16,154 nucleotides of DNA from the NCBI GenBank assembly GCA_051117555.1, contig JBNPEG010000081.1:1-16154 (forward strand), in the 5' to 3' direction. A model generated the notes under the pieces. The model was not told the origin of the DNA, did no database searches, and saw only the letters and a program-made list of their open reading frames with translations. This DNA comes from Elainellaceae cyanobacterium. Its GTDB lineage: Bacteria; Cyanobacteriota; Cyanobacteriia; CAZCXK01. Position 1 is the first letter of the stretch. The number at the start of each line of letters is the position of its first letter. The translations under genes were made by a program, and so were the position numbers. Below, piece after piece: positions 14,624 to 16,154 of the stretch.

Positions 14624-15490
14624 CTAAATTGTTCCTCTAAAAAGACCTTGGGGGCGCACTAGCAGCACCAAGACCATCATTAATAAAGCCACTGCGATCT
14701 TATACTCGGTGGGCAGGAAGTAGGTGCTGGTTTCTTGCACAATGCCAATGATAAAGGCTCCGGCGATCGCCCCATAGGGGTTGCCGATTCCGCCCAAAAT
14801 CACCGATGCAAACATAGGCAAGATCAAAAACCATCCCATATTAGGGCGCACGGCAGTAATCAACCCATACATTCCGCCTCCGAGGGCAGTCAACCCGGCG
14901 GCAATAATCCACGTCCAAATCACAACCTGCTCAACGTTAATGCCTGCCACTCGTGCAAGATCGATATTGTCAGCGACTGCCCGCATGGCTTTGCCGATCT
15001 TGGTGTATTGCAACAAGATATGCAAACCGACAATGGCAAGCACTGCCAAAATCACGACGATAATTCGGTAGTAGGCAATTTTGATACCTGCAATATCGAT
15101 CGCGCTCGCAACCGGGAGGGCATAGGTTTGATTGCCCCCTCCCCAAATCAAAACAATGCCATTGCGAATAAATAGCGCTAGCCCAATCGAGATAATAATC
15201 AAAGTGGTCGAGGAGGCGCGGCGATCGCGCATTACTGACCAAACTAGCTTTTCACTTAGGAGGGCTAGGGCGATAGTAATTGCTGCGCCAATCACCATGG
15301 ACAACCAAATATTGACCCCGCTGATATTGATGACAAATGTCATATATGCGCCCAAGGTTAAAAAGTCTCCGTGGGCAAAATTGGCAAGGCGCAGAATACC
15401 ATAGGTGAGCGTCAGACCGACGGATGCCAGGGCGATGATGCTGCCTAGAGCAATCCCATTAACCAAGAATTGAATCAGTTGTGAATCCAT
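14624..15490 (-). CDS. natD: Branched-chain/neutral amino acid ABC transporter permease (LivH/NatD type)
   Basis: NGIALGSIIALASVGLTLTYGILRLANFAHGD, TKIGKAMRAVADN..LA...GI, FASVILGGIGNPYGA and RPQGLF. Start placed at ATG 15490. Confidence 0.88.
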   Translation of the reverse strand: MDSQLIQFLVNGIALGSIIALASVGLTLTYGILRLANFAHGDFLTLGAYMTFVINISGVNIWLSMVIGAAITIALALLSEKLVWSVMRDRRASSTTLIIISIGLALFIRNGIVLIWGGGNQTYALPVASAIDIAGIKIAYYRIIVVILAVLAIVGLHILLQYTKIGKAMRAVADNIDLARVAGINVEQVVIWTWIIAAGLTALGGGMYGLITAVRPNMGWFLILPMFASVILGGIGNPYGAIAGAFIIGIVQETSTYFLPTEYKIAVALLMMVLVLLVRPQGLFRGTI

Positions 15491-15594
15491 TTGGGTAAAT
15501 TCAGGTAATTGAGGATTAAAACCAGAGTGTAGACCGTAGCGATTATTGTCTAGCAATGGAGTGAGTTTGCAAAGTTCAATCTGTACGGTTTGGC

Positions 15595-15626
15595 TTGACT
15601 CTCCAGTAGACTGGATTATTTAAATT
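15595..15626 (+). promoter_or_regulatory. MerR/CueR-type promoter-operator
   Basis: -35 TTGACT (15595-15600), dyad TCCAGT-AG-ACTGGA (15602-15615) inside an elongated 19-20 bp spacer, -10 TTAAAT/TAAATT. It points toward the heavy-metal-associated (HMA) domain gene. Confidence 0.7.
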
Positions 15627-15665
15627 AATCATGCCTAAGGAGTATGGATTAAATAATCTAGAGAA

Positions 15666-15779
15666 CTATAGCCGTACGCTCTCGCATTAGCATGTTGAAC
15701 GTGTGTAAGCCCCCGCGCCGCGCGGGCTCACCACATAAATCTGAGCCCGGCTATGCGTACGGGCTTGGCAATGCCAAGC
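15666..15779 (+). repeat. Dispersed palindromic repeat, copy C, followed by a REP-like hairpin
   Basis: CTATAGCCGTACGCTCTCGCATTAGCATGTTGAAC...GGGCTCACCACATAAATCTGAGCCCG matches copy A. Hairpin GCTTGGCA-A-TGCCAAGC at 15763-15779. Confidence 0.7.
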
Positions 15780-15856
15780 TCCTGCTGCCGGACGCGGGGA
15801 GGTTATTAAATCTACGTTCCCAAGGAATTTTTTTTTGATCTCAGGAGATTTTAGTA

Positions 15857-16045
15857 ATGTCAACGCTTCAACTTACAGTTCCGAGCATGGCCTGTTCTGC
15901 CTGTGCCGACACGATTTCTAACGCCGTCCACGCCATTACTAGCCTAACGCCGCCCCTTAGTAAACTCCAAATCGCCTCTAATCCGCTAGGCTGGAAAAGC
16001 AAACGATTTCGCTCAGCGTTGCAGTTCAGCACAGTATCACGGTAG
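15857..16045 (+). CDS. HMA-domain copper chaperone (Atx1/CopZ-like); C-terminal half aberrant, possibly a pseudogene
   Basis: [34 protein letters not shown] has the MxCxxC motif. Similarity to the usual family pattern is lost after about residue 27. Confidence 0.65.
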   Translation: MSTLQLTVPSMACSACADTISNAVHAITSLTPPLSKLQIASNPLGWKSKRFRSALQFSTVSR

Positions 16046-16050
16046 ACAGT

Positions 16051-16154
16051 ATGCAGCATCCGATTCAGGTGATAGGTGGCGGTCTGGCAGGGACAGAGGC
16101 AGCGTGGCAAATTGCTCAGGCAGGCGTGCCCGTCGTACTGCACGAGATGCGCCC
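16051..16154 (+). CDS. trmFO: tRNA (uracil-54-C5)-methyltransferase TrmFO/Gid, N-terminus (partial; runs off the right edge)
   Basis: ATG 16051 reads [35 protein letters not shown], the FAD-binding N-terminus of TrmFO. Not in the ORF track. Confidence 0.92.
   Translation, partial: MQHPIQVIGGGLAGTEAAWQIAQAGVPVVLHEMR

Larger units (their letters stand above)
908..15228. repeat. HIP1 octamer GCGATCGC, 16 dispersed copies
   Basis: Copies start at 908, 1449, 2152, 2188, 4513, 5311, 5490, 6960, 7914, 8373, 11908, 12371, 12925, 13282, 14763 and 15221. About 1 per kb is a hallmark of cyanobacterial genomes. Confidence 0.9.

Noticed and set aside
2916..16143. Remaining short ORFs nested in or antisense to the assigned genes
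   Set aside because: No motifs or RBS support, and each overlaps a well-supported gene.

Overview
Cyanobacterial DNA (16 HIP1 GCGATCGC sites in 16 kb, typical cyanobacterial core genes). The left end has the 3' end of an ISKra4-like IS that truncates a NACHT/STAND NTPase gene. Next is a small hypothetical gene behind a highly structured leader that looks antisense-controlled (mini-ORF, anti-SD, opposing promoter). The centre (about 2.2-10.4 kb) is an accessory locus. A stand-alone ribBA is transcribed divergently from a co-oriented cluster: DUR3-like sodium:solute symporter, small membrane protein, unusual LysR + SsuA/NrtA-type solute-binding-domain fusion regulator, SsuE-type FMN reductase and NtaA/DszA/DmoA-family FMNH2-dependent monooxygenase. 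The shared promoter region holds a canonical NtcA-type promoter and four copies of a TATTCC-N5-GGAATA-like operator. This suggests a nitrogen-regulated uptake and oxygenolysis system with its own flavin-supply gene and an unknown substrate. The right part is core genome: Get3/ArsA-like ATPase, DUF2358, chaperone-like hypothetical, tldD, natD/livH-type permease, a MerR-type promoter with an aberrant Atx1/CopZ gene, and the start of trmFO. Several small repeats and MITE-like elements lie between genes. All family assignments come from motif recognition by eye; no searches were run.
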